Positions 12,115-23,334 are shown, counted from the first letter of the stretch. The stretch: 64,000 nt of DNA from Thalassobaculaceae bacterium (GCA_965228875.1 OZ245843.1:2028616-2092615); one strand, 5' to 3'. Program-made: numbers and translations. Notes: generated by a model not told the origin, from the letters alone.

Positions 12115-12959
12115 ATCAGCACCGGGATCAGGCAGTTGCGGATCGTCTCGGTCGTCGTCGAGCCGATGAACAGGCTGCGCAGCCGGGAATGGCTGTAGGC
12201 GCCCATCACCAGCAGATCGATTCCCACATCCTCGACATACTTGGCGATCACCTGATCCGGCTGACCGGGAATGACGTCCGTCGAGACCTGGATGTCGCCG
12301 CCCTTGAGCAGCGCGCGAGCCGAGTCCAGGGTCCGGTCGACCTCCGGCGAGCGGTCGCCGACGGTCAGCAGATGTCCCTCCAGCCCGGCGAAGAGGGGCG
12401 TGCGCGCGACATAGTCGACCGCCTTGAGGGCCGTCCGCTGACCGTCGAAGGCGATCAGGAATCGCTTGATCGGCTTGAACGCGCGGGCGGCAATCAGCAC
12501 CGGGACATGGGAGGTTCGGACAACCCGCTCCAGGTTCGAGCCGAGATGCATCTTGGCGAAGTCCGCCGCCTCGCCGCGCTTGCCGATGATGACCAGCTCC
12601 GCGCCCTGCTCCAGAACGCCAAGGCTCTCCACCAGATCGCCGTGACGCAGCTTCGGCGGCAGTGTCTCGACCCCCTGTTCCCTGAGGCCAGCCTGCGCCT
12701 CGTCGAGGATCAGCCGGCCGCGCTTCTGCGCCGCGCGCGCGTTCAGCGCGTCGAGGTCGGCCAGTTCCTGCAGCAGATCCTCGCGCATGCCGGCGGAGAA
12801 GCTGCCGGACAGGTTCGCCGGCGCGCTCGGTCCGTCGCGCCGGCCCAGCACGTGCACGAGTTCGACTTCCGCTCCGAGCCGCCCCGCCGCCCAGGCGGAG
12901 TGGTCGGCCACGCTGCGCGAATAGATCGACCCGTCGATCATGGCGATGATTCTACTCAA
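12105..12959 (-). CDS. Universal stress protein (tandem USP domains)
   Basis: IDGS...IGKRG...LGSNLERVVR; FDG...MGAYSHSRLRSLFIGSTT; typical SulP partner. Confidence 0.92.
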   Translation of the reverse strand: MSRIIAMIDGSIYSRSVADHSAWAAGRLGAEVELVHVLGRRDGPSAPANLSGSFSAGMREDLLQELADLDALNARAAQKRGRLILDEAQAGLREQGVETLPPKLRHGDLVESLGVLEQGAELVIIGKRGEAADFAKMHLGSNLERVVRTSHVPVLIAARAFKPIKRFLIAFDGQRTALKAVDYVARTPLFAGLEGHLLTVGDRSPEVDRTLDSARALLKGGDIQVSTDVIPGQPDQVIAKYVEDVGIDLLVMGAYSHSRLRSLFIGSTTTETIRNCLIPVLIYR

Positions 12960-12996
12960 CCCGCCCTCCCTCGCGGCGCTAGACGGTGCCGGCGGC

Positions 12997-14547
12997 TCAG
13001 TGGCTGAGCAGCTGGTCCATGGCGCCGGGCTTGTCGTGGATGGCCAGGCGATCCACGATGGTCTCGCTGGCCGCGTTCAAACCGACAATCTCGACGTTGG
13101 CGCCCTCGCGGCGAAACTTCAAGACGACCGTATCCAGCGCGGCGACACTCGAGATGTCCCAGATATGGGCGCGGGTCACGTCGATCGTCACCGAGTCCAG
13201 CGCCTCGCGGAAGTCGAAGGCCTCCAGAAAGCGATCGGCGGAAGCGAAGAACACCTGTCCCTCGACCACATAGGTCCGCGACGCGCCGTCCGGCGACAGG
13301 GTCGAGGTGACGCGGAAGATCTGGGAGATCTTCCAGGCGAAGAAGATGCCGGACAGCAGCACGCCGACGATCACCCCGATCGCCAGGTTGTGGGTCGCCA
13401 CCACCACCACCACCGTCGCCACCATCACCACCGACGAGGAACGCGGATGCACCCGCAGATCCTTCAGCGACTGCCAGCTGAAGGTACCGACCGAGACCAT
13501 GATCATGATCGCTACCAGGGCGGCCATCGGGATCTGGCGGACCCATTCGCCGAGGACGACGCAGGCGATCAGCAGGAAGATGCCGGCCAGGAAGCACGAC
13601 AGCCGACCGCGGCCGCCCGACTTCACGTTGATCACCGACTGGCCGATCATCGCGCAGCCGGCCATGCCACCGATGAAGGCGGTGCCGAAGTTGGCGATGC
13701 CCTGGCCGACGCACTCGCGGTGCTTGTCGCTGCGGGTGTCGGTCAGGTCGTCGACGATGGTCGCCGTCATCAGCGACTCCAGCAGTCCGACGACGGCGAT
13801 CCCGGCCGAGTAGGGCAGGATGATCTGCAGCGTCTCCAGCGTCAGCGGCACGTCCGGCAGCAGGAAGATCGGCAGGGTGTCCGGCAGCGCGCCCATGTCG
13901 CCGACGGTGCGCAGGTCGAGGCCGAAGCCCATGGCGACCGCCGTCAGAACGACGATGCAGACCAGCGGCGACGGCACGGCGGTCGTCAGACGCGGAAGCA
14001 GGTAGATGATCGCCAGCCCGGCGGCGACCATGGCATAGGTCAGCCACGGCACGCCGATCAGCTCGGGAAGCTGGGCCATGAAGATCAGGATGGCGAGCGC
14101 GTTCACGAAACCGGTCATCACGCTCTTCGAGACGAAGCGCATGACGGTCGCCAGCCGCAGGAATCCGGCGGCGATCTGAAGGAGGCCGGCGAGCGCTGTC
14201 GCCGCGAGCAGGTACTCGAGCCCGTGGTCGCGCACCAGGGTGACCATCAGCACCGCGGTCGCCGCCGTCGCGGCCGAGATCATGCCCGGCCGTCCGCCGA
14301 AGATGGCGGTCAGCACGGCGATCGAGAACGAGGCATACAGCCCGACCTTCGGATCGACGCCGGCAATGATGGAGAACGCGATGGCCTCCGGAATCAGGGC
14401 GAGCGCGACAACCATGGCCGCCAGCACGTCGCTGCGGACGGTGCCGAGCCAGTCAGTCTTCAGCGAATTGAGCGAGGTCCCCTCCTGGGTGCCGGATCGG
14501 TCGCAGGAGGCTAGAGGTACCGAACGCCGCCGCCTATTGCAACGCAA
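12997..14547 (-). CDS. SulP family inorganic anion transporter with STAS domain (true start probably nearer 14470)
   Basis: [51 protein letters not shown]-terminal STAS. Confidence 0.95.
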   Translation of the reverse strand: MRCNRRRRSVPLASCDRSGTQEGTSLNSLKTDWLGTVRSDVLAAMVVALALIPEAIAFSIIAGVDPKVGLYASFSIAVLTAIFGGRPGMISAATAATAVLMVTLVRDHGLEYLLAATALAGLLQIAAGFLRLATVMRFVSKSVMTGFVNALAILIFMAQLPELIGVPWLTYAMVAAGLAIIYLLPRLTTAVPSPLVCIVVLTAVAMGFGLDLRTVGDMGALPDTLPIFLLPDVPLTLETLQIILPYSAGIAVVGLLESLMTATIVDDLTDTRSDKHRECVGQGIANFGTAFIGGMAGCAMIGQSVINVKSGGRGRLSCFLAGIFLLIACVVLGEWVRQIPMAALVAIMIMVSVGTFSWQSLKDLRVHPRSSSVVMVATVVVVVATHNLAIGVIVGVLLSGIFFAWKISQIFRVTSTLSPDGASRTYVVEGQVFFASADRFLEAFDFREALDSVTIDVTRAHIWDISSVAALDTVVLKFRREGANVEIVGLNAASETIVDRLAIHDKPGAMDQLLSH

Positions 14548-14573
14548 CAGTCAGATTATTTTGCACTGCAACA
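14537..14573. promoter_or_regulatory. Two TGC-N3-GCA boxes (TTGCAACGCAACA / TTGCACTGCAACA), possible PhaR-type sites
   Basis: Direct repeat with 24-bp period in the AT-rich divergent promoter region. Confidence 0.4.
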
Positions 14574-14653
14574 TAAAACACGTCCGGACGAGACCCGTTC
14601 GATGGCGCGCGCCGGCCCGCCATGATAGGAGTGGGGAACGCCGAACGCCCGAC

Positions 14654-16291
14654 ATGGATTGCGATCCTCTCATGCGTCAATCGCCGCTCCAGGCGGCTCG
14701 CGGAGCCGTCGTGCAGGATCCGTCCGACGCCGCCGCCCTCGCCCGCCTATCGATCGCGCTCGGCCCGACGGCGGCCGCGTTCCGCTGCTTCTCCCGCCTC
14801 GTCCTGCTGGCCGATTTCGGGATCGTCAAAATGGACGGGATCCTGCTGCGCAACGCGATCCTCGCGACCCGCAGCGTCCCTGCGGAGGCGTTGAAGGCTC
14901 AGGCCGCGACCATCGACTTCGACCACCCGGTGAAGGTGGAGCTTGCCGTCTTTCTCGCCGCGGCGTTCCTGGCGACCCGACGGGTCGACCTCGACGCCTT
15001 GGCGGTCCGGCGGATCCGGTACGACACCTGCGACGACGGCCTGCTCCGAGTGCTCAGCCTGCTGTCGGAGCACACCGAGCCGGGCTCGCCCGTCCAGGCC
15101 TACATCCTGTCGGTCCTCAAGCACTACGTCACCATCGTCCTGCGCGTCGCCGGGTTCCCCGACGCGGCGCGGCGGATGGCGGACGACGCCGTCACCTTTC
15201 AGCGCGGGATGCGCCGGCGCTTCAATCCGGACGGCAGCCGCATCTTCTCCTGGCGATGGACGTTCGCCATCGGCCACATGGTGGTCACCGCCTTCCTGGT
15301 GAAAGGCCAGGCCGCCGGTCTGCTAGACGCCGGTCTGCTGGACGCCGGCCCACTGGATGCGGGCCCCGCCAAAGTGTGGGACGGGCGGATGGCCAACCCG
15401 GCGCTGCGGTCGCGCCTGCTGGAGCTTTCCGACAGCGTCGTGCCGGTCCCGCAGGACACGATGTACGCCGACCCCTTCGACACCCAGTACCGGGAGATCG
15501 TCGACGGCCGCCCCGTGGATCTGTTCGACGCCTGCGGCATCATCGCTGACCGGACGGGCGACGCCCGCGGCGCGATCATGCGGCGGCCCGCTCCGGACGA
15601 TCCGGCCCTGACCCGGTTCTACGGCGAAACCGGCCTGACGCCCGAGGATCCGATCGTGACCCTGCACGGGCGCGAGGGCGGTTTCCGCACCGATCTTCAC
15701 CAGTCCCTGCGCAACGTCGACATCCGGGCCTGTCTGCCGGCGATCCGGGCCCTGGTCGCCCGCGGCTACCGGGTGGTGCGGCTCGGCGATCCCTCGATGT
15801 CGCCGCTTCCGCCACTGACCGGGGTGGTCGACTACGCGTTGTCGCCCCTGAAGACGCCTGAACTCGACATCCTGCTGCCGGCCGCTGCCGCGTTCCATAT
15901 CGGATCCAGTTCCGGCCTGTCCAAGGTGCCCCTGCTGTTCGGCACGCCGACCCTGTTCCTGAACTGGTATCCCTGCGAGATGCTGCCCTGGGGCCGCGCC
16001 AACTGGACGGTTCTGCGCCCGATCGTGCGCCGCGAGGACGGCACGCGGGTTGCGGACTGGCGGCGTTACGCCCGCCTGGGATCGCTGCACTCGAGGCTGC
16101 TGCTCCGCCAGACCGGCCACGATGTCGGCGACCTGACGGGCGAAGAGATCGAACGGATCGTCCTGGACTTCGCCGCGACCCTGGCCCCCACGCCGCCGGC
16201 CCCAACCGGCGTCAACCGAGGCCGGATCCTCCTTCCGGGCGACGGCGCCCTGGTCGAGATCTCCCCCGACGCCACGCCGTCGCGGGGCTAA
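14654..16291 (+). CDS. TIGR04372-family putative glycosyltransferase
   Basis: [39 protein letters not shown]...FGTPTLFLN; start uncertain. Confidence 0.75.
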   Translation: MDCDPLMRQSPLQAARGAVVQDPSDAAALARLSIALGPTAAAFRCFSRLVLLADFGIVKMDGILLRNAILATRSVPAEALKAQAATIDFDHPVKVELAVFLAAAFLATRRVDLDALAVRRIRYDTCDDGLLRVLSLLSEHTEPGSPVQAYILSVLKHYVTIVLRVAGFPDAARRMADDAVTFQRGMRRRFNPDGSRIFSWRWTFAIGHMVVTAFLVKGQAAGLLDAGLLDAGPLDAGPAKVWDGRMANPALRSRLLELSDSVVPVPQDTMYADPFDTQYREIVDGRPVDLFDACGIIADRTGDARGAIMRRPAPDDPALTRFYGETGLTPEDPIVTLHGREGGFRTDLHQSLRNVDIRACLPAIRALVARGYRVVRLGDPSMSPLPPLTGVVDYALSPLKTPELDILLPAAAAFHIGSSSGLSKVPLLFGTPTLFLNWYPCEMLPWGRANWTVLRPIVRREDGTRVADWRRYARLGSLHSRLLLRQTGHDVGDLTGEEIERIVLDFAATLAPTPPAPTGVNRGRILLPGDGALVEISPDATPSRG

Positions 16292-16373
16292 CCCGCGTTG
16301 CGCGTCCGGATCATCCAAACTCCCGACGCAGGAGCCGAGCGCCACGCGACACTCGGTCAGCCGTCGGACCCGA

Positions 16374-16586
16374 TCAAACGTGCTGTTTCGTCCGGTTCGT
16401 CACCATCCGGCCGTGCAACTCAGTGATCGCCCTGCTGCCGGTCTTGGTGAAGAGGAAGGGCAGCAGGCCGTGCACCAGGCAGGCCAGGCCGCCGAGGATC
16501 ATGCGGGCGCCGAACCCGCCGGCCATGCCCATGTGTTCCAGGTAGGTCTCCCCCACCGCCCGGGGGTGCTCGGTGAACAGCTTCAT
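16374..16586 (-). CDS. DUF6356-like small protein
   Basis: FTEHPRAVGETYLEHM...ACLVHGLLPFLFTKTGS. Confidence 0.8.
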   Translation of the reverse strand: MKLFTEHPRAVGETYLEHMGMAGGFGARMILGGLACLVHGLLPFLFTKTGSRAITELHGRMVTNRTKQHV

Positions 16587-16734
16587 GCGCGGCGCTCCAC
16601 TTCCGAGGTGCTAACATTTCAATTGACGATCACTGACAAGGCAATTGTCGAGCTACACAGATTATGCCTCCCACAGAGGCGAAAGAGTTTGCCAATGTTG
16701 CCTTATGGAGCCTCTATATGTAGATTTTTTTCCC

Positions 16735-17196
16735 ATGGATGATATCGATCGGAAAATTCTCTCCCTGCTGCAGGCCGATGCCGGGTTGGCCCTGGCGGAG
16801 ATCGCGGAGGCGGTGGGGCTGTCGACCACGCCGTGCTGGCGGCGGATCCAACGGCTGGAAAAGAACGGTGTGATCCGCCGACGGGTTGCCCTGCTGGACC
16901 GCGATGCCATCGGTCTTGGCGTCACCGTCATCGTGCGGGTCCGCACCAACCGGCACGACATGGAGTGGCTGGAGCAGTTCGCGCGCACCGTCGACGACAT
17001 TGACGAGATCGTCGAGGTCTACCGGATGAGCGGCGACATCGACTACGTCCTGAAGGTGGTGGTGCCGGATATCGCGACCTACGACGCGATCTACAAGCGC
17101 CTGATCACCGCCGTTCCGCTGATGGACGTCAGTTCCAACTTCGCGATGGAGGAGATCAAGTTCTCCACCCGACTGCCGCTCAACTACGCGCTGTGA
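16735..17196 (+). CDS. Lrp/AsnC family regulator (DecR-like)
   Basis: MDDIDRKILSLLQ, VGLSTTPCWRRIQRLE, YRMSGDIDYVLKV. Confidence 0.93.
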   Translation: MDDIDRKILSLLQADAGLALAEIAEAVGLSTTPCWRRIQRLEKNGVIRRRVALLDRDAIGLGVTVIVRVRTNRHDMEWLEQFARTVDDIDEIVEVYRMSGDIDYVLKVVVPDIATYDAIYKRLITAVPLMDVSSNFAMEEIKFSTRLPLNYAL

Positions 17197-19102
17197 CCGG
17201 CCCCTCTGCGGCCGGTTCGGCGCTGGGCGCCGGGTCGGCCGGATACCCGTTTGAAGGCGTCAGGTTCGCGGCGGTCCTATCGGCGGGAGCCAGATCGACG
17301 ACCCGGCCGGAAGCGCCCCCGCCGGTCATCGGCCCTGACCGGACCTCCTGGGGCAGTTCCGAGTAGAGACAGACGCAATCGCGCCCGGACCGCTTCGCCG
17401 CGTAAAGCGCGGTGTCCGCCATGGCGATCAGCGTGGCCTCGTCGTTGGCGGGGTCGTCGGCGGGGCCGTCGGCGACGCGGACCACACCGGCGCTCAGGGT
17501 GTGGGCGATCATCGCACCCTCGAAGCGGGTCGGCGTGCCGGCGAAGCGGCGTCGCACCCGTTCGGCGACACCGCGTGCCGCCGCTTTGGAGCCGGCCTCG
17601 AACAGCAGGATGAACTCCTCGCCGCCGAACCGCGCGGTCACGTCGTCGGCCCGGAACTCCCGGCGCAGCAGGCTGGCGAAGTGGCGCAGTACCGTGTCGC
17701 CGGCGGCGTGACTGTGGGTGTCGTTGATCTGCTTGAAGCGGTCGAGGTCGATGAGCACGAGCCAGTAGCGCCCCGGCCAGCGCCCGGCTGCACGGAGATG
17801 CGCGACCTGGGCGTCGAAACCGCGGCGGTTCAGCAACCCGGTCAGGGCGTCGCGGCTGGCTGCGTGTTCGGCGGCGATGCGGCGGACCTCCTGTCCGCGC
17901 AGCCACTGCGCCAGCGACGCACTGAGCAGCAGACTCTCCACCACCGTGCTGGCGAAGGTGAAGCGCAGGAAATCGATGTGCGACAGCGACAGGAAGGCGA
18001 GGTCGGCGACGCTCGCCACCGTGACCATCAGGCAGGTGGCCACCACCCCGCCCCAGCCGATCAGCATCCAGCGGGCGTAGTCGAGACCGTCGCGCCGCCA
18101 GGCGCGCCAACTCAGCCAGGCGATATAGAGCGGTGTGGTGACGAAGGCGAAGAAAACCAGCAGGTTGGCCGCCGCGGGGAACGGATCGGGCACCGCCAGA
18201 ACCGTCCCCGCGCCGTAGAGCAGGATACCGGTGCGCAGGATCCGGTTGTCGACCGGGTGCAGCCGCGCGATGTCCAGGTGGCGTCGCGCGAATTCCAGCG
18301 CGGTCCCGAACAGGAAGAGGATCGACCAGTTGAAGCCGAGCTGCTGCAGCCAGGATCCCGACGGGAACAGGAACTGCAGGCCGATGCCCGAGAAGATAAC
18401 ATAAGCGGAGGCCACGCCCGCCATGTACAGGGCATAGACGATCAGGCGGGCCTGGCGCATGAAAACGCCGTACAGCAGCCAGAACGCCGCGGCGGCACAC
18501 AGACAGCCGATCCAGAACACAAAATAGGCCGTGTTGGCGACCGAGTGCCGTTGAAAGCCGAGTTCGCTCCAGACCCGCAGGTCGAGGTGGAGCGGGACCG
18601 GCGACACGCTGCCGAAGCGCACGACGATCTCGCGGGTCGCGCCGTCCGGCACCGTCACCACCGCCGCCGGTCCGGCATGGGCCAGAGGCCGCTCGACATA
18701 GGGTTGGGTCGCGTCGAAGGCGACCCTCTCGCTGGTCCCGTCCGGCGCGAGAACGAAAGCGGTGAACGTCGTCAGCCGCGTGATGTCATGGGTGACGACG
18801 ATCCGCCTGGGCGCCCCTGTATCGTTCTCCAGACGAAAGCGGACCCACACCTTGTTCGCGGTGATGCCCAGTTTGCGATGATCGGCCGTGATCGGTTCCC
18901 AGCCCTCCGCGCGCAACGCCCGGTCGAGGGTGATCGGGCCGCTGCGCTCCTCCAGGAAGTGGGCTCGCCCGATCGGACGGGAGCCATCCTCCAGCGACGA
19001 CAGCGCGATCGTCGGGTCGTCCGCCCGCGCGGTCGACGGCAACGACACCGCCAGGACGGCCAGCCAGACAGCCAGCATCAGATCACTCAGTCGAAGTCGC
19101 AT
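17180..19102 (-). CDS. Diguanylate cyclase with 7TM-DISM extracellular and 7TM domains
   Basis: Signal peptide, WVRFRLEN DISMED2-like motif, multiple TM helices, DALTGLLNRR, DLDRFKQINDTHSHAAGD, RFGGEEF, RxxD I-site. Confidence 0.92.
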   Translation of the reverse strand: MRLRLSDLMLAVWLAVLAVSLPSTARADDPTIALSSLEDGSRPIGRAHFLEERSGPITLDRALRAEGWEPITADHRKLGITANKVWVRFRLENDTGAPRRIVVTHDITRLTTFTAFVLAPDGTSERVAFDATQPYVERPLAHAGPAAVVTVPDGATREIVVRFGSVSPVPLHLDLRVWSELGFQRHSVANTAYFVFWIGCLCAAAAFWLLYGVFMRQARLIVYALYMAGVASAYVIFSGIGLQFLFPSGSWLQQLGFNWSILFLFGTALEFARRHLDIARLHPVDNRILRTGILLYGAGTVLAVPDPFPAAANLLVFFAFVTTPLYIAWLSWRAWRRDGLDYARWMLIGWGGVVATCLMVTVASVADLAFLSLSHIDFLRFTFASTVVESLLLSASLAQWLRGQEVRRIAAEHAASRDALTGLLNRRGFDAQVAHLRAAGRWPGRYWLVLIDLDRFKQINDTHSHAAGDTVLRHFASLLRREFRADDVTARFGGEEFILLFEAGSKAAARGVAERVRRRFAGTPTRFEGAMIAHTLSAGVVRVADGPADDPANDEATLIAMADTALYAAKRSGRDCVCLYSELPQEVRSGPMTGGGASGRVVDLAPADRTAANLTPSNGYPADPAPSAEPAAEGPVTARS

Positions 19103-19205
19103 GCCGTATCCATCGGGTCGCGGTCGGTCGGCGCCCCGATCCGTGCGTCGGCCGGAGTCTTGCACGTTTTGCCGGTCCCGGCGACGGGCCTTCGCACGCC
19201 TCGCG

Positions 19206-20114
19206 CTATCCGGCGGCGACCGGCTCCGAATAGGCGACCGGCGCCGTGGCACCCTTGACCTGGGTGCGGCGCATCAGCCGTCGGGAGGATGCATCGAACG
19301 GATCGCGGCGATGCATGGTGGCGCGATTGTCCCACATCAGGATGTCGCCGACCCGCCAGCTGTGACGGTAGGCATTCTCCTCCCGGGTCGCGTAGGCCCA
19401 AAGCTCGTCGAGCAGCGCCTCGGACTCGGCCAGATCCAGTCCCTCCACATGCGCCATGCGCCGACGGCCGAGATAGAGCAACGGCTTCCCGGTGTTCGGG
19501 TGCGCGATCACCATCGGGTGGTAGGTGCCCGGACTCTCGCGCGGGTCGTCGGTCGGCGTCACGCCCTGGCGCACGTAGCCGCCGGAATTGTAGGTGCCGT
19601 CGTGCTTGATCCGTCGCCCGGCGATGCGCCGCTTCAGCGTCTCGGGCAGCGCCATATACGCCGCGTGCATGCCGCACAGCCAGGTGTCGCCGCCGGCCGG
19701 CGGCACCTCGATGGCGTGAAGCATGGAGATGTCCGGCGGCGTCTCGAGATAGGACATGTCGGTGTGCCACACCGCCTCGCCGGCCCCGAGGCTCCCGATC
19801 TCCTTGCCGTCGGACCCCTTGATGTTCGACACCAGATAGACCTCCGGCAGGCCGGGCACGGCGGTCCGGCCGTTCTCCATCACCGGCGCGTGGTCCAACG
19901 CGCCGAACCGGCGGCTGAAGGCCACAAGCTGCTCCGGCGACAGATCCTGCCCACGGAACAGCAGCCCGGCATGGCGGTCGAACGCCTCGCGGATCGCCGC
20001 GAAGCCGACGTCGCTCAGGTCTGCGAGATCGGCACCGATCACCTCGGCGCCGACAACCGGCGTCAGAGGGTGCAGTTCGACGCCTCCGGCCTCCTGCTTG
20101 GCCGCATCGCTCAT
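19206..20114 (-). CDS. TauD/TfdA family 2OG-dependent dioxygenase
   Basis: WHTDMSY, GGDT, HPMVIAHP, WDNRATMHRR. Confidence 0.93.
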   Translation of the reverse strand: MSDAAKQEAGGVELHPLTPVVGAEVIGADLADLSDVGFAAIREAFDRHAGLLFRGQDLSPEQLVAFSRRFGALDHAPVMENGRTAVPGLPEVYLVSNIKGSDGKEIGSLGAGEAVWHTDMSYLETPPDISMLHAIEVPPAGGDTWLCGMHAAYMALPETLKRRIAGRRIKHDGTYNSGGYVRQGVTPTDDPRESPGTYHPMVIAHPNTGKPLLYLGRRRMAHVEGLDLAESEALLDELWAYATREENAYRHSWRVGDILMWDNRATMHRRDPFDASSRRLMRRTQVKGATAPVAYSEPVAAG

Positions 20115-20211
20115 GTCTTCCTCCCTCATCGTTCTTGGTCTTTTTCACAGGCTACACCTGCCGGTGGCAGACCTGCTAGCGTTGGTAGCATCGGTATGGG
20201 CGGAGGATCAC

Positions 20212-21180
20212 ATGCAGCAGCGCGGTCTCGGACCACTCGGAGCGGTAAGCGCCCTCACTCTCGGCGGCGGCGGGCTCGGCCATCTCTGGGGCGAGACAAC
20301 GCGGGAGGAGTGCGTCGCCACGGTCAAGGCCGCCGTCGACGCCGGCATCACCCTGCTCGACATGGCGCCACGCTACGGCGACGGCGAGGCCGAGACGGTC
20401 GTCGGCGAAGCCTTCGGCGGCCGCCTGCCGGCCGGCGTGCGTGTCACCACCAAATGCCTGCTCGGCGGCACACCGCCGGCCGAGATCGAGACGCGCCTGC
20501 GCCAGTCGATCGCCCGGTCCCTCGAGCTGATGAAGCTGGAGCGGGTCGACCTGTTCTTCCTGCATTCCAACGTCGCGCCGGACGACCACCCGATGCGCGA
20601 CCACCCGGACGCCGCCACCCGCGTCACCCCCCTGTCGGTGTTCCGCGAGACCGTGCGGCCGGTCTTCGAGACGCTCGTCGCCGAGGGGCTGATCGGCGCC
20701 TGGGGGCTGACCGGGATCGGCCAGCCGGATGCCATCATCGACCTGCTTGGCGACGGTCCGCCCCCGGCCGCGGTGCAGTGCATCGCCAATCCCATCGACA
20801 GCCCCGGCTCGCTGAAGTTCTACGACGGACCGACCCGCCCCCGCGACATCATGGCGACGGCGCGGGCCAACGGGGTCGGCGTGCTCGGCATCCGCGTCGT
20901 TCAGGCCGGCGCGCTTGCCGCCGAGATCGACCGACCGCTGCCGGCCGACCACCCGGAGATGCGCGACTACCGCCGGGCCGCGCGCTGGCGCGCCCTGGCG
21001 GCGGATCTCGGCGAGGATCCGGCCGATTTGGCCCACCGCTACGCGCTCAGCCTGCCGGATGTCGACACCGTCGTCCTCGGCATCAAGAACCGGCGGGAAC
21101 TCGCCATGTGCGTCGCCGCCGAAGCCCGCGGCCCGCTGAATCCCGAACTGATGCGGCGAATCGAGGAGAGCTTCGACTGA
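20212..21180 (+). CDS. Aldo/keto reductase
   Basis: GITLLDMAPRYGDGEAE, VTTK, SLELMKLERVDLFFLH; GGAGG RBS. Confidence 0.9.
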   Translation: MQQRGLGPLGAVSALTLGGGGLGHLWGETTREECVATVKAAVDAGITLLDMAPRYGDGEAETVVGEAFGGRLPAGVRVTTKCLLGGTPPAEIETRLRQSIARSLELMKLERVDLFFLHSNVAPDDHPMRDHPDAATRVTPLSVFRETVRPVFETLVAEGLIGAWGLTGIGQPDAIIDLLGDGPPPAAVQCIANPIDSPGSLKFYDGPTRPRDIMATARANGVGVLGIRVVQAGALAAEIDRPLPADHPEMRDYRRAARWRALAADLGEDPADLAHRYALSLPDVDTVVLGIKNRRELAMCVAAEARGPLNPELMRRIEESFD

Positions 21181-21350
21181 GCCGGTTCGGGGCGCGCCGC
21201 CACTGGTCCGCGGCCGCGTTACTGCGCAGAACGGGCGACCGCTCACGACCCCTCGTGCATCGCCCGGCGAGCCGGTAGCATCTGCACCGCCCGCAGCGGG
21301 CGGGCCACCTGGATCCGGTTGACCGGACGCCACCTCACAGGGAGAGACGC

Positions 21351-22592
21351 ATGCCCCGCAACGCGATCGCGATCGACGGACAGCGGTTCTGGTCGACACT
21401 GATGGCCTCGGCCGAGATCGGCAAGGGACAGCGCGGCGGCCTCGCGCGGCTGACGTTGAGCCCGTCCGATGCGGAGATGCGCCACCTGTTCGCCCAGTGG
21501 TGCACCGACGGCGGCTACGCGCTGACCGTCGACCGCCTCGGCAACATGTTCGCGCGCCGCCCCGGGACCCACGACACCCTGCCCCCGGTGGTGATCGGCA
21601 GCCATCTCGACACCCAGGCCGCCGGCGGCCGGTTCGACGGCATCCTCGGCGTGCTGGCGGGACTGGAGATCCTGCGGGCCCTGGACGATCAGGGAATCGA
21701 GACCCGCCGGCCGATCGAGGTGGTGAACTGGACCAATGAGGAGGGCGGACGCTTCCCGCCGCCGATGCTGTGCTCGGGCGTCTTCGCCGGCGTGCACGAG
21801 TTGGACTGGGCCCTGGCCCGTACCGACGAGAACGGAAACACGGTCGCCGAGGCCCTGGACGCCATCGGATATTCCGGCGACGCCCCGGTGGGCGGCCGCG
21901 ATCTCGACAGCTACTTCGAGATCCACATCGAGCAGGGCCCGGCGCTGTACGACGCCGGCCTCAAGCTCGGGCTGGTCACCGGAACGTATCTCGCCCGGGG
22001 CATGCGGATCGAGGTCGAGGGCGTGAACGCCCACAGCGGCCCCACGCCGATGACCCGGCGGCGCAACGCGCTGGTCGGCGCGGCGGCGGTGGCGCTGGAG
22101 GTCGATCGGATCGGGCTGAAATATGCCGACAGGGACGCCAAATCGACGGTCGCCCGCCTGGAGGCCTCGCCGAACATACCGGGCATCATCTCCGACCGGG
22201 CGACGCTGTTCGTCGATTTCCGCGCCCCCGACCCCGCCCTGACCGACGCCATGGAGCGGGAGATCCGCGATGCCCTGCCCGGCTGCGCCGAACGGTCACG
22301 CACGGACGTCGCCGTGGGCGACGCCTGGACCTTCGGCACGCCGGTCTTCGACGCCGAGCTGCAGGACCTGGTCCGCCGCACCGCCGCCGATCAGGGGGTG
22401 GACCTGATGGAGCTGCGCAGCCAGGCCGGACATGACGCCTACCACATCGCCCATGTCGCTCCGACGGTCCTGCTGTTCACCCCCTGCGACGACGGCATCA
22501 GCCACAACGAGGCGGAGAACACCCGGCTGGAGGACCAGCTTCCAGGCGTCCAGGTTCTGGCCGAGGCCGTGGTGGCATGGGCCAACAGGTAG
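21351..22592 (+). CDS. M20 Zn-dependent amidohydrolase (N-carbamoyl-amino-acid hydrolase / beta-ureidopropionase type)
   Basis: GSHLDTQ, GRFDGILGV, WTNEEG, EIHIEQGP, AGHDA, SHNEAE. Confidence 0.93.
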   Translation: MPRNAIAIDGQRFWSTLMASAEIGKGQRGGLARLTLSPSDAEMRHLFAQWCTDGGYALTVDRLGNMFARRPGTHDTLPPVVIGSHLDTQAAGGRFDGILGVLAGLEILRALDDQGIETRRPIEVVNWTNEEGGRFPPPMLCSGVFAGVHELDWALARTDENGNTVAEALDAIGYSGDAPVGGRDLDSYFEIHIEQGPALYDAGLKLGLVTGTYLARGMRIEVEGVNAHSGPTPMTRRRNALVGAAAVALEVDRIGLKYADRDAKSTVARLEASPNIPGIISDRATLFVDFRAPDPALTDAMEREIRDALPGCAERSRTDVAVGDAWTFGTPVFDAELQDLVRRTAADQGVDLMELRSQAGHDAYHIAHVAPTVLLFTPCDDGISHNEAENTRLEDQLPGVQVLAEAVVAWANR

Positions 22593-22628
22593 GTGGCGAA
22601 ACGCGAAGCGCCGGCCGGCAAGGCCGGT

Positions 22629-22859
22629 TCAGGCCTGGGAAATGGTCTTGATCTTCGCGCGCCGGCGGTTTGAGCGCCGGGCGATCTCGTTGTCCTGATC
22701 CTCGATCGCCGTCCGCGCCAGGTCCAGCAGGGCGTCACCGAAAGACTCGTCCAGCCGGTCATTCTCGACCCGGCGGTTGGAGGTGATCGTACCGTCCTCG
22801 TAGGTCACGTTGAACATCGTGAACGTCGCCGGTTTGGATCTGGATTTACTGCGGGCCAT
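22629..22859 (-). CDS. Small hypothetical protein, apparently conserved in alphaproteobacteria
   Basis: FNVTYEDGTITSNRRV...IEDQDNEIA; GGAGG RBS. Confidence 0.75.
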   Translation of the reverse strand: MARSKSRSKPATFTMFNVTYEDGTITSNRRVENDRLDESFGDALLDLARTAIEDQDNEIARRSNRRRAKIKTISQA

Positions 22860-22889
22860 TGATGCGACCTCCCTTGATTCCGGCGCGCG

Positions 22890-23069
22890 TCAGGCCACGC
22901 GAATGGAGACGCTCTTGCCGAAGCGCCCGGCGAGAAGCGAGGTCGCGTGGCGGATCATCTTGCCACCGGCAGGGGCGCCGATCGTGAAGACGCTCTGCCC
23001 GCCGACGCTGCTATGGGTGACATAGGTGTGCAGGCCGTAGGTGATAAGAAAGTTGTCAGCGTTGTTCAT
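22890..23069 (-). CDS. Small hypothetical protein, 59 aa (not in the ORF track)
   Basis: MNNADNFLITYGLHTYVTHSSVGGQSVFTIGAPAGGKMIRHATSLLAGRFGKSVSIRVA; TAAGGA RBS; co-oriented with neighbours. Confidence 0.65.
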   Translation of the reverse strand: MNNADNFLITYGLHTYVTHSSVGGQSVFTIGAPAGGKMIRHATSLLAGRFGKSVSIRVA

Positions 23070-23334
23070 TGGAATTCCTTATGGTTGGGCAGCGATCCCG
23101 ACAGGCGCTTCCAGGCCGGGCCGAGCGCGTCGATCGCTGGGTTCTACCGTCGCCGGTATGCGGGGGCGCTCAGGGCGCCGGTGAGGCCGGCCCCAGGCTC
23201 CGCCGCAGGCGTACGGCATGAAGCTGGAAAATCGCGACCACACGGACACGTCTGATCGTCCGATTCTCGTCCATCTTTACGAAGTCAGGGAAAGGCTCGC
23301 CGTTCAGACAAACCCCGCCTGGGCTGGGCGCACT

